Assembly (NCBI GenBank): GCA_963806185.1
Contig: CAWDXE010000007.1
Span: forward strand, 1-64,000
From: an uncultured candidate division Zixibacteria bacterium
Lineage (GTDB): Bacteria > Zixibacteria > MSB-5A5 > GN15 > FEB-12
Reading direction: 5' to 3'
DNA length: 64,000 nt
The position numbers were made by a program, and so were the translations under genes. Position 1 is the stretch's first letter; every line of letters starts with the position of its first letter. Below, in pieces: positions 49,654 through 59,373 of the stretch. The notes below the pieces were generated by a model, which searched no databases, was not told where the DNA came from, and saw only the letters and a list, made by a program, of their open reading frames with translations.

Positions 49654-50340
49654 ATGGCAAGAGAACATATCCTGGTGATCGAAGACGAAGTCGATATTCT
49701 GGAACTCATCCGTTACAATCTCAGTCGTGAAGGGTATCGGGTGGCGGTTCAGCCAACCGGGGAATCCGGTCTAAAGGCAGCGAAAGCTGAGATTCCGGAT
49801 CTGGTCGTGCTGGACCTGATGCTTCCCGAAATCGACGGCCTTGAAGTCTGCAAGGTACTGAAGGGCGACCCCAAGACCTCCCATGTACCGATCGTGATGC
49901 TGACGGCCAAGGGCGAGGAATCGGATATCGTGACCGGCCTGGAGGTTGGGGCGGACGATTACATTATCAAGCCATTCAGCCCCAAGGTGCTGATCGCGCG
50001 GGTGCGGGCCATTCTCCGGCGCAAGAGCAAAGCGCAGAACGGCGAACAGGCGGTTCTGAAGATTCATGAGTTGACTATCCATCCCGGCCGACACGAGGTG
50101 CTGGTCGGCGGCGAGCCGGTGTCGCTTACCCTGACGGAGTTTCAAATTCTCCATCTTCTGGCGCGCCGCCCCGGGTGGGTCTTCACGCGCGACCACATTC
50201 TAAATGAAATCCGCGGTGAGGATGTGTATATTACTGACCGCTCCATTGATGTCCAGATTGTCGGTCTGCGCAAGAAGCTGGGCACCAGCGGGGCGCTGAT
50301 CGAGACGGTCCGCGGGGTGGGGTACAAGTTTAAGGAGTAA
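49654..50340 (+). CDS. phoB: phosphate regulon response regulator
   Basis: OmpR receiver and winged helix; precedes phoR and pst operon. Confidence 0.88.
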   Translation: MAREHILVIEDEVDILELIRYNLSREGYRVAVQPTGESGLKAAKAEIPDLVVLDLMLPEIDGLEVCKVLKGDPKTSHVPIVMLTAKGEESDIVTGLEVGADDYIIKPFSPKVLIARVRAILRRKSKAQNGEQAVLKIHELTIHPGRHEVLVGGEPVSLTLTEFQILHLLARRPGWVFTRDHILNEIRGEDVYITDRSIDVQIVGLRKKLGTSGALIETVRGVGYKFKE

Positions 50341-50342
50341 GC

Positions 50343-52148
50343 ATGGCTCGTCGACGGATTCTCTGGCAACTCTATCCGTCATATCTGGTTATTACTATTG
50401 TTGCTATTCTCACCGTTTCCTGGCTGGCGTCCAATTCCTTTCGCAAACTCTATCTCAATCAGACCATCAGCGATCTGAGCGCCCGGTCGGCCTTTGTCCA
50501 GCCGCTGGCAGAGGACAGGATTTCTCCGCCGGATACGTCCTACCTGCAAGCACTCTGCCGCGAGTTGGGGCATCAAACGAACACCCAGATGGCATTCGCC
50601 GACCTTCGCGGTCGCATCCTGGCCGATTCGCGCAATGCGGTCAAATCGTCGGAGAACCTCCTTGGCTTGTCCGATTTCGGCGAGGCGCTGCAGGGACGAA
50701 TTGGCACGTCGGTCAGACTTGATCTGAGCGACAATGCCTCCCACCTGTTTGTCAGTGCCCCAATTAAACGGGGGACAGAGATAGTCGGCATCGTTCGGAT
50801 GTCCTATCCTATTGCGGCTATTGATGAAGCCTTGAGTTCGCTGCGCATCACGGTGGTCGTCTCGGTCGTCATGACGGCACTGTTGGCGGCCCTCGTTACT
50901 CTGCTCGTGGCGCGACGAATCGGCCGTCCGCTCGAAGAGGTGAAAAGAGGAGCGGAACGTTTCGCCGCCGGTGAATTGGACTACAAACTCCCCGTACCCG
51001 AATACGAAGAGATCGGCGGACTGGCGAGTGCGATGAACCGGATGGCTGAGCAATTGCACGAACGCATTCGCACCGTCGTCGCACAGCGAAACGAGCAGGA
51101 GGCCATTCTGGCGGGGATGACCGAGGGAATACTCGTGGTCGACCCCAACGACCGTCTGGTTATCGTCAACCAGGTGGCGGCCGACTTATTCGAAATCGAT
51201 ATCGCTGCCGCTCGGGGGCAACTCCTGCAGCAGGCGGTGCGCATTCCGGTCCTGCACAAGTTCGTAGGAGATATACTGACCCTGCGGCGCGCGCTCTCCG
51301 GCGAGGTGATTCTCTACCGCGGTACCGAGACGTTTCTGCAGACTCACGGCAACGTTTTGCGTGGTGAGAGAGGCGAAATCACGGGCGTGCTGGTGGTTTT
51401 ACACGATGTCACGCAACTGCGAAAGCTGGAGGGCATGCGGCGGGATTTTGTCGCCAACGTATCGCACGAACTCAAAACGCCGATCACATCGATCAAGGGA
51501 TACGTTGAAACACTCCTCGACGCGCCCGCCGGGCCGGAAGATACTCGGCGCTTTCTCGATGTCATCATGCGGCAGGCCGACCGACTGAACGCCATTATTG
51601 ATGACCTGCTCAGTCTGTCGCGTATCGAGCAAGGCGCGGAGCGCGCGGAGATCGCGCTTGAAGACGGGAATATCGAAGCCGTCATCCGAAACAGCGTAGT
51701 CGGTATCGAGAAGTTGGCCCAGGCAAAGCACATTCACGTGGCACTTTCCTGTGGGGCCGACATCCTCGCCCACATCAATGCACCCTTGCTTGAACAGGCG
51801 ATCGTGAATCTGATCGATAATGCCATCAAGTACAGCCCGGAAGGTAGCAAGGTGGCTGTGTCGTCAAGACAGACTGCTACCGAGACGACCATCTCCGTCA
51901 CCGACACGGGCCCCGGCATTGCAAAGGAACATCTGCCTCGTATCTTCGAGCGGTTCTTCCGGGTCGACAAATCGCGGTCGCGCGAGGCTGGCGGCACGGG
52001 ACTGGGCCTGGCCATCGTCAAACATATCGTCCTCGCTCACGGCGGGACGATCTCCGTAAAAAGCGAACTCGGCGCCGGGAGCACGTTCACTATCCATTTG
52101 CCGAGGTTGGCACAATCCGGCCGGAATGCCTCGCAGGTACCCGCCTAA
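50343..52148 (+). CDS. phoR: phosphate regulon sensor kinase
   Basis: HAMP, PAS, RRDFVANVSHELKTP, FFRVDKSRSR..GGTGLGL. Confidence 0.9.
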   Translation: MARRRILWQLYPSYLVITIVAILTVSWLASNSFRKLYLNQTISDLSARSAFVQPLAEDRISPPDTSYLQALCRELGHQTNTQMAFADLRGRILADSRNAVKSSENLLGLSDFGEALQGRIGTSVRLDLSDNASHLFVSAPIKRGTEIVGIVRMSYPIAAIDEALSSLRITVVVSVVMTALLAALVTLLVARRIGRPLEEVKRGAERFAAGELDYKLPVPEYEEIGGLASAMNRMAEQLHERIRTVVAQRNEQEAILAGMTEGILVVDPNDRLVIVNQVAADLFEIDIAAARGQLLQQAVRIPVLHKFVGDILTLRRALSGEVILYRGTETFLQTHGNVLRGERGEITGVLVVLHDVTQLRKLEGMRRDFVANVSHELKTPITSIKGYVETLLDAPAGPEDTRRFLDVIMRQADRLNAIIDDLLSLSRIEQGAERAEIALEDGNIEAVIRNSVVGIEKLAQAKHIHVALSCGADILAHINAPLLEQAIVNLIDNAIKYSPEGSKVAVSSRQTATETTISVTDTGPGIAKEHLPRIFERFFRVDKSRSREAGGTGLGLAIVKHIVLAHGGTISVKSELGAGSTFTIHLPRLAQSGRNASQVPA

Positions 52149-52217
52149 TCCGCTTGTCCTCGTAATCGTCTTATTGTCAAGCAATTGCGACTATCGCACG
52201 GTCTTCACTCGCCAATC

Positions 52218-52256
52218 TTTACCGAATATCTAACTGAGGTCTAACGCATTTCTAAC
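52218..52256 (+). promoter_or_regulatory. Pho box upstream of pstS
   Basis: TTTACC then TCTAAC x3 at exact 11-bp period (52218, 52229, 52240, 52251). Confidence 0.7.
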
Positions 52257-52358
52257 AATTCACGAGTTGTTTTCTAGTGAGTACAGAGGGTTGAGGAATT
52301 CACGGAGAGATTTTCGCTGTATTGTTAACTGGACCTGAGAGATAGGAATCCTACCCAT

Positions 52359-53210
52359 ATGAAAAAGCTCCTGCTGATAACTGTAGCCGTCGGTTTGACC
52401 GCCGCACTGGCTATGTCCACCGGAAATATTACCGTCAAAGGCTCTGACACGTTGGTGCGCTTGGGACAGCGCTGGGCCGAGGAGTATATGAAGGCCAAGC
52501 CGGGCGCCGTGATCCAGGTGTCGGGCGGTGGCAGCGGAACCGGCATTGCCGCGCTGCTCAACGGTTCAACCGACGTCTGCGAATCATCGCGCGACATGAA
52601 GCCGAAAGAATACGAACTTGCCAGGACGAACAGGATTGAGCCGTATCGGGTCTCAGTGGCGCTTGATGGGATCGGTGTCTATCTCCATAAGGCGAATCCG
52701 GTGGACACGCTGTCCCTGGACCAGCTCAAGAAGATATATACAGGCGTCATCACCAACTGGAAGGAAGTAGGCGGGCTGGACAAGCGAATCATACTCTACG
52801 GCCGGGAAAACAACAGCGGCACCTATGCGTTTTTTAAAGAGCACGTGCTGAATGGTGAAGACTTCGCTGACGTCACACAGACGCTTCCCGGAACGGCGGC
52901 GGTTGTGCATGCGATTGCCAATGATCCGAATGGAGTCGGGTACGGCGGCGTGGCCTGGGCGACCACGATAAAAGATGCCGCCGTGAAGCGAACGGCCGAC
53001 TCAGTGGGCGTCAAGCCGACCGTTGAGACGGTTACGTCAGGAGCATACCCAATTTCACGCGAACTGTACTGGTTCTTTCGGGGCAAGCCGGACGGCGACC
53101 TGAGAGCGCTGTTGAATTGGGTGTTGTCGCCGGACGGTCAGAAGATAGCGACGGAGGTTGGCTATATCCCGTTGCCGGAGGACCTGGCCAAGAGGGGGAT
53201 GATTCAGTAA
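52359..53210 (+). CDS. pstS: phosphate ABC transporter substrate-binding protein
   Basis: KGSDT, GGGSGTG, SSR, RENNSGT, YPISR. Confidence 0.93.
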   Translation: MKKLLLITVAVGLTAALAMSTGNITVKGSDTLVRLGQRWAEEYMKAKPGAVIQVSGGGSGTGIAALLNGSTDVCESSRDMKPKEYELARTNRIEPYRVSVALDGIGVYLHKANPVDTLSLDQLKKIYTGVITNWKEVGGLDKRIILYGRENNSGTYAFFKEHVLNGEDFADVTQTLPGTAAVVHAIANDPNGVGYGGVAWATTIKDAAVKRTADSVGVKPTVETVTSGAYPISRELYWFFRGKPDGDLRALLNWVLSPDGQKIATEVGYIPLPEDLAKRGMIQ

Positions 53211-53260
53211 TCCTGAACCGTTGAATCTGAGCGGCCGGCAGGAGCCTGAAGACAGAAGCA

Positions 53261-54220
53261 ATGACGCAATTTCAATTCAAGCCAAAGAACCGCCTGGTGG
53301 AGTTTCTCGGCGAGAAACTTCTGTCGTTAAACGCATGGGCGGCACTGCTGGCGATTCTGCTCATATTCATTTTCATCTTCAAGGAGACGATTCCCATCTT
53401 TACCGATGCCACGGTACAGGAAGAAGTGACCGTGGAGAAGATGGTGTTCAAGCAGGCGTGGAAAGAAGGGCAACAGCCCAAGTACAGTTGGCAGCCGAAT
53501 TCGGAAGTGCCGAAGTATTCGTTGCTCCCGTTGTTTGCAGGGACGATCAAAGTGGCGCTGATTGCCATGCTGTTTGCGGCCCCGCTCGGTGTGGGAGCGG
53601 CCATGTATTCGTCGGAGTTCGCCTCGCGGCGCATGCGCGAGATCATTAAGCCGGCGATTGAAATGCTGGCCGGGATTCCGTCGGTTGTCCTCGGCTTTTT
53701 TGCTCTGATCATTCTGGCCTCGGCCCTGCAGACTCTCTTTGGCTTCGAGTATCGACTCAATGCCGTCACGGCCGGCATTGCGCTCGGCATCGCGGTGATC
53801 CCGATTGTCTTCACGGTTACCGAGGATGCGCTCACGGCCGTGCCGCAGTCATTGCGCGACGCCGCGCTGGCGCTTGGGGCCAACCCGTGGCAGGTGTCTT
53901 TCACGATGGTTTTGCCGGCCGCACTGCCGGGCGTGGCCGCGAGTATCGTGCTCGGTTTTGGCCGCGCCATCGGTGAAACCATGATCGTACTCATGGCTTC
54001 CGGCAACGCGGCGATTCTCTCCTGGGCTTTATCGGACTCGATTCGAACTTTCTCGGCGACGGTCGCGGCGGAAATGGGCGAGGTGGTATTCGGCAGCGCC
54101 CACTACAATGTGTTGTTCCTGATAGGCACGCTGCTGTTTGTTTTCACCTTTATTGTCAACGTCGGCGCCCAGATCGTGCTGGATCGAGTCAAAGCACGAT
54201 TCCAAGGGAGGATGAAATGA
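53261..54220 (+). CDS. pstC: phosphate ABC transporter permease
   Basis: LAGIPSVV, GRAIGETMIV. Confidence 0.93.
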   Translation: MTQFQFKPKNRLVEFLGEKLLSLNAWAALLAILLIFIFIFKETIPIFTDATVQEEVTVEKMVFKQAWKEGQQPKYSWQPNSEVPKYSLLPLFAGTIKVALIAMLFAAPLGVGAAMYSSEFASRRMREIIKPAIEMLAGIPSVVLGFFALIILASALQTLFGFEYRLNAVTAGIALGIAVIPIVFTVTEDALTAVPQSLRDAALALGANPWQVSFTMVLPAALPGVAASIVLGFGRAIGETMIVLMASGNAAILSWALSDSIRTFSATVAAEMGEVVFGSAHYNVLFLIGTLLFVFTFIVNVGAQIVLDRVKARFQGRMK

Positions 54221-55191
54221 GCGCCCCAGTGGTTGACGTGGTTGGTACGACGGAAGCAAATTTCGAGCAGAAATACGGCCCGATCGCCAAGGGGAGCGGG
54301 GTGATTCCGCGCGGGCTGACGTTTGCCGCCGTGTTGATCATTCTTGCCATGCTGGGCGTGATTTTGGTCAACGTCATATACGGCGGACTCGGGACCGTTA
54401 CGTGGGAATTCCTGTCGAAGCCGCCGGAGCAGGGAATGGAAGCCGGTGGTATCTTTCCCGCCATTTTCGGCACCTGCTTCCTGGTTATTCTAATGACCAT
54501 TTCCGTAGTGCCGATCGGCGTACTGACGGCAGTGTACCTTTCCGAGTACACTCGTCCGGACGCGTTCGGAACGCGCATGATTCGACTGGCCATCGCCAAT
54601 CTGGCAGGTGTGCCATCGATCGTTTTCGGCCTGTTCGGACTGGGCTTTTTCATCGGTTTTGTCGGCGAGGGAATGGACAGCCTGTTTTTTGACGCTTCGT
54701 CGGGCCCGGTCTGGGGGCAACCCGCCATCCTCTGGGCGGCGCTCACGCTGGCACTTCTGACGCTTCCAGTGGTAATCGTGTCGACCGAGGAAGCCCTGCG
54801 CACGATCCCGCGTGAGTTGAAAGAAGCGAGCTATGCGCTGGGGGCGACGAAGCTGCAGACGATTCGCCGCATCATCCTGCCCCAGGCGATGCCCGGTATC
54901 TTTACCGGCGGAATCCTGGCGGTGAGCCGGGGAGCCGGAGAGGTCGCACCGATTCTATTCACCGGCGCCGCCTATTATTTGCCGTATCTACCCGGCAAAC
55001 TCAACGATCAATTCATGGAATTGGGGTATCACATTTACGTGATGGCCACGCAGTCGCCTGACATCGAAAAGACCAAGCCGATTCTCTACGGCACCGTCCT
55101 GGTTTTGCTTGCCCTGACATTCCTGTTGAATTTTGTGGCCGTGTTGATTCGATCAAAGATGAGAAGGAGCAGAGTTCGTGGACACTCCTAA
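54217..55191 (+). CDS. pstA: phosphate ABC transporter permease
   Basis: [29 protein letters not shown]. Confidence 0.93.
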   Translation: MSAPVVDVVGTTEANFEQKYGPIAKGSGVIPRGLTFAAVLIILAMLGVILVNVIYGGLGTVTWEFLSKPPEQGMEAGGIFPAIFGTCFLVILMTISVVPIGVLTAVYLSEYTRPDAFGTRMIRLAIANLAGVPSIVFGLFGLGFFIGFVGEGMDSLFFDASSGPVWGQPAILWAALTLALLTLPVVIVSTEEALRTIPRELKEASYALGATKLQTIRRIILPQAMPGIFTGGILAVSRGAGEVAPILFTGAAYYLPYLPGKLNDQFMELGYHIYVMATQSPDIEKTKPILYGTVLVLLALTFLLNFVAVLIRSKMRRSRVRGHS

Positions 55192-56017
55192 CACACCCCT
55201 CGGGAAAGTTGCCTGGGAGAATGGCCCAAGCGGCGCCGATACGTCTCATGCTCTTCCCGCGAGGCCGTTCAAGATGATCGCCCGGGAACTGAATTTTCAT
55301 TACGGCGCCCACCAGGCGCTTTATGACATCTCGATGGACATCCGCGAACATCAGGTGACAGCCCTGATTGGGCCGTCCGGCTGCGGCAAGTCGACCTTTC
55401 TGCGCACGCTCAACCGGATGAATGAAACGATTCCGGGGACTCGCCTGCAGGGAACGGTGCTGCTGGACGACAAAGATATCTATCGGGATTTCAAGGACAC
55501 CTCAACCGTCCGGACAAGGGTCGGGATGGTGTTTCAGAAGTCCAATCCATTTCCGAAATCGATATTCGAGAATGTGGCCTACGGCCTGCGCGTGAACGGC
55601 ATTTCGGACCGAGGTCTGATTGCCGAGGCCGTTGAGGACAGCCTGAAGCGGGCGTTTCTTTTTGATGAAGTCAAAGACAAGCTCCACAACAGCGCATACA
55701 TGCTGTCGGGTGGCCAGCAGCAGCGGCTCTGTATCGCGCGCGCGCTGGCGGTGCGGCCGGAGGTTGTGCTGATGGACGAGCCGGCGTCGGCGCTCGACCC
55801 GTTGTCGACGTCGAAGATCGAAGACCTGATCGCCGAACTGAAGAAACATTACACCATCGTGATCGTGACGCATAACATGCAACAGGCGGCGCGTGTCTCG
55901 GATTACACGGCGTTTTTCTTTGAGGGGCGGCTCATCGAATTTGGTGAGACGACCCAGATGTTTACCAAGCCCACGATCAAGAAGACAGAGGATTACATTA
56001 CCGGCCGGTTTGGATGA
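55178..56017 (+). CDS. pstB: phosphate ABC transporter ATPase
   Basis: [27 protein letters not shown]. Confidence 0.95.
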   Translation: MDTPNTPLGKVAWENGPSGADTSHALPARPFKMIARELNFHYGAHQALYDISMDIREHQVTALIGPSGCGKSTFLRTLNRMNETIPGTRLQGTVLLDDKDIYRDFKDTSTVRTRVGMVFQKSNPFPKSIFENVAYGLRVNGISDRGLIAEAVEDSLKRAFLFDEVKDKLHNSAYMLSGGQQQRLCIARALAVRPEVVLMDEPASALDPLSTSKIEDLIAELKKHYTIVIVTHNMQQAARVSDYTAFFFEGRLIEFGETTQMFTKPTIKKTEDYITGRFG

Positions 56018-56047
56018 TCGGCCCGCCGGCAGTGACAAAGGAATAGC

Positions 56048-56713
56048 ATGTCCCGTCATTTACAGCATGAAATCGACAAACTGAAGAAGAAGATTCTCTC
56101 ACTCAGTGCCCAGGTCGAAGAGAACGTGCATCTCGCCGTCCGAGCCATCGCTCAGCGCGATGGCAAACTGGCGCGGCAGGTGATCGATGCCGACACCCTC
56201 GTCGACCAGGCCGAGGTGGAAGTCGAAGAGGAATGTCTCAAAGTGCTCGCCCTGCACCAGCCGGTGGCGGTCGACCTTCGTTTCATCATTGCCCTCCTGA
56301 AGATCAACAATGACCTGGAGCGAATTGGTGATCTGGCGGTCAATATTGCAGAACGAGCGACCACTCTGGCCGCGCAAACGCCGGTTGACGCGCCGTTTGA
56401 TTTTACCGGTATGGCGGAGATCGTAAAGTCGATGTTGCGGAAGAGCCTCGATGCGTTAGTCGGACTTGATTCGGAGATCGCCCGTTCGGTGGGGGCGGCC
56501 GACGATCAGGTCGACGAGATCAACCGGGGGATGTACCGGAAAGTCAAAGAGGGCATCCTGCAACATCCGGAGCATATTGACGCGTACATTGCTTTACTGT
56601 CCGTGTCGCGCCATCTGGAGAGGATTGCCGACCACACAACCAATATTGCCGAGGACGTGCTCTATCTGACCGAAGGAGAAATCGTGCGCCACGTATATGA
56701 AGCTCGCTCCTGA
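56048..56713 (+). CDS. phoU: phosphate signalling protein PhoU
   Basis: QPVAVDLR, DLERIGD, HLERIADH..NIAE. Confidence 0.95.
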   Translation: MSRHLQHEIDKLKKKILSLSAQVEENVHLAVRAIAQRDGKLARQVIDADTLVDQAEVEVEEECLKVLALHQPVAVDLRFIIALLKINNDLERIGDLAVNIAERATTLAAQTPVDAPFDFTGMAEIVKSMLRKSLDALVGLDSEIARSVGAADDQVDEINRGMYRKVKEGILQHPEHIDAYIALLSVSRHLERIADHTTNIAEDVLYLTEGEIVRHVYEARS

Positions 56714-56745
56714 GTCGCCAAGGTTTTTGTAGAGTTTTTCCCACT

Positions 56746-56773
56746 CGCCCTCCATACTGGAGGGCGTTTGTTT
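56746..56773 (+). terminator. intrinsic terminator after phoU
   Basis: cgccctcca-tac-tggagggcg followed by tttgttt. Confidence 0.75.
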
Positions 56774-56787
56774 AAAGAAGCAGTTAC

Positions 56788-58323
56788 GTGAAGAAGATGA
56801 ACATCCATACCCTGATAACACTGGTTTCGGTCGGCGGAATGACTGCGATGGCCGCGACGCCCGGTCAGCAATATGTGGTCGACGTGACACCGGCCTATGT
56901 CGTACCGGCAGGCGAAGGAGCCGAGCGGGGGAGTGTCAGCCCGGATGGTTCCCGGCTGGCCGCATGGATCAGCGTGGGTGAACGAGGGTATATCTGGTGT
57001 GACGGAACGCGCAGTCGCATGTGGGATGCGGTGCTCCTTCCTAAATTCAGCAGCGACAGCCGGCACGTGGCGTTCATTGGACTTGAGGAGAGCGGAGCGG
57101 GAAGTTATCAGTCGTATATCGTTTTCGATTCGATAACTATGGGGCCATTCAGTTATCTGGCCTTCGACAGGTACGGCACCGATGAACTGGTGTTTTCAAA
57201 AGACGGGAAGCACTTTGCCTTCCGCGCCTGGGAGGGGAAAAGCGCATATGTCATCGTTGACGGTCGGCGCGACGGACCGTACGGCGGAGTCGTCGGCCCG
57301 CCGCCGGAATTCAGTCCGGATGGCAGGCGGTTAGCTTACTTCGTTACCGACAGTGCGGGTAGCCGAGCAATCATCGACGGGCAGGCCGGCCGAACGTTTG
57401 CACGGACAGCCGCTATCGCCGGCTTCTCCGATGATTCGAAATCGTACGCCTATGTCGGCATTGCCAATGACAGCGCGTATTGGGTGATCCGTGACTCGTC
57501 GATGTTCGGACCCTACTGGCGGATGCTGGCGGCGACTTACCGGCCGGGGACACGCGAGCTCTGGTATAGCGCCGCGCGTGATTCCAGCGGGGGCGATTCC
57601 TTATATCAGGATGGTCGGGCGGTGGTCGGGTATCGACGCATTCGTGAGATCACTTTCAGTGACGATGGCAGTCGGATCGGGTATGTGGCGGGGGGAGGCG
57701 ACGGGCGTTCAATCGTCGTCATCGATTCTTCAAAGCAGGTGATGGCGGAGCGGGTGGAAGATCTGCAATTTGCAGCCAACGGTCGGCACTGTTCTTACCG
57801 CGAAGTGAATACTAACGATTCGTTGCATGTTCCGGTGACTCTGCACGTGGATGAGTACGCCTTCGGTCCGTTCGCCGAGATTTCACCGGCCGCATATTCA
57901 CCCGATGGGCGACAATTCTTATTTGTCGCGGTGGACACGAGTCGGTCGTACTTCGCGGTCGTCGACAGCAATCGGTTTGGCCCTTTCGATTCAGCCGCAG
58001 TGGTCGGTTGGAGTCGTGATTCACGGCACTATGCGTTCACGACAGCAGTAGGTGATACGGCGAGGATGTACCTCGACGGCGTCGCCGGGCCATCGTTTCG
58101 CCACGTCATGCGCCAGGTATGGAATGACACGCTTCACGGCAACGCCGCCTATATTGCCGACCCGGAAGCGAAAGGGATAACGCTCGTGGTAAACGATTCG
58201 GCGCTGGTGCCGCTCGATTATTTCTTTGGCGCGGCTCGCGGTTTCGGTGATGACGGCAGCCTGAGCGGCTACGGTCAGCGCGGTGACACGATCGTACGGT
58301 TCATCGTTCGCCCGGCCAAATGA
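56788..58323 (+). CDS. secreted beta-propeller repeat protein (PD40/TolB-like repeats)
   Basis: Signal-like N-terminus; repeated FSxDGxxxAY...vvDG..GP units. Confidence 0.7.
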   Translation: MKKMNIHTLITLVSVGGMTAMAATPGQQYVVDVTPAYVVPAGEGAERGSVSPDGSRLAAWISVGERGYIWCDGTRSRMWDAVLLPKFSSDSRHVAFIGLEESGAGSYQSYIVFDSITMGPFSYLAFDRYGTDELVFSKDGKHFAFRAWEGKSAYVIVDGRRDGPYGGVVGPPPEFSPDGRRLAYFVTDSAGSRAIIDGQAGRTFARTAAIAGFSDDSKSYAYVGIANDSAYWVIRDSSMFGPYWRMLAATYRPGTRELWYSAARDSSGGDSLYQDGRAVVGYRRIREITFSDDGSRIGYVAGGGDGRSIVVIDSSKQVMAERVEDLQFAANGRHCSYREVNTNDSLHVPVTLHVDEYAFGPFAEISPAAYSPDGRQFLFVAVDTSRSYFAVVDSNRFGPFDSAAVVGWSRDSRHYAFTTAVGDTARMYLDGVAGPSFRHVMRQVWNDTLHGNAAYIADPEAKGITLVVNDSALVPLDYFFGAARGFGDDGSLSGYGQRGDTIVRFIVRPAK

Positions 58324-58398
58324 CCGCTTCGACTAGCCTCGGATAATCTCTGTAATCATCTTTGAGCGGAAGTGGATCTCGCCTGCCGGCCCTGTTGC

Positions 58399-59283
58399 CT
58401 ACCTGCTGTGGGCTACCAGATCAACCAGGCGGCGAATATGCTGTGGTGTCGTGCCGCAGCAACCGCCGATGAGGCGTACGCCAAGGGCCAGAAACTGTCG
58501 GGCGGCCAGAGCGAATTCGTCGGGTGAGTTGGCGTAGACAAGCCGACCCTCAACCAATGTTGGCAGCGACGCACTGGGCAGCGCCGATAGCGGCAATTTC
58601 GTTTTCGCCACCATCCGCTCGATGACCGGGATCATTAGGTGCGGACCGACAGAGCAATTGGCGCCGATCACCTCCACCGGTTGGGCGGAGAGGTACTCGA
58701 GGCAATGCTCGGGAGTGGTACCGAAGCTAGTGGTGAGTTCGGCGGTAAAGGTCATCTGCGCAACAATCGGCAGTGCCGATTGTCTGCGAATCGACTCGAT
58801 AGCCATGCCGATTTCAATCAGATCCGAAAAAGTCTCGACCATAAACAGGTCAACGCCTCCCTCGAGCAGGCCTTCGACCTGATGAGCATAAGCGTCGCGG
58901 ATCTGGTCGTGCCTGACAGGATCAAGGGGTGCGAGCGAGTTGCCGGTCGGGCCGATTGCGCCGGCGACGAAGATGTTGCGCCCGATCTCCTCACGGGCCT
59001 CGTGGACAAGGGAAGCTGCTGTTCGATTGATGATTTTCGTGCGGTCGGCCAGGCCGTGGACCTCGAGGCGGATCGTGTTGGCGCCGAAACTGTTTGTCTC
59101 GATCACGTCGGCGCCTGCCGCAATGTATTCGCGATGAATTGATCTGACCAGTTCGGGGGAGGTCAGACAGATCGAATCAATGGAAACATCAAAGCCAACC
59201 CCTCGGTCATACAACATCGTCCCCATGGCGCCGTCACAGACCAAGACCCGGCGCGCCAGCTCTTCGAGAAAGGTGCTTTTCAT
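58399..59283 (-). CDS. homocysteine S-methyltransferase family protein
   Basis: DGAMGT, ETNSFGAN, GANC, IGGCCGTTP. Confidence 0.9.
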   Translation of the reverse strand: MKSTFLEELARRVLVCDGAMGTMLYDRGVGFDVSIDSICLTSPELVRSIHREYIAAGADVIETNSFGANTIRLEVHGLADRTKIINRTAASLVHEAREEIGRNIFVAGAIGPTGNSLAPLDPVRHDQIRDAYAHQVEGLLEGGVDLFMVETFSDLIEIGMAIESIRRQSALPIVAQMTFTAELTTSFGTTPEHCLEYLSAQPVEVIGANCSVGPHLMIPVIERMVAKTKLPLSALPSASLPTLVEGRLVYANSPDEFALAARQFLALGVRLIGGCCGTTPQHIRRLVDLVAHSR

Positions 59284-59373
59284 TTACGGCTCACTAAGTG
59301 CGCGACGGAACGCTCTTGAAATGGCATCTCGCCGAATATCGAATCCGGCGATTCCCAGCCTCGGTTCCGGCTT

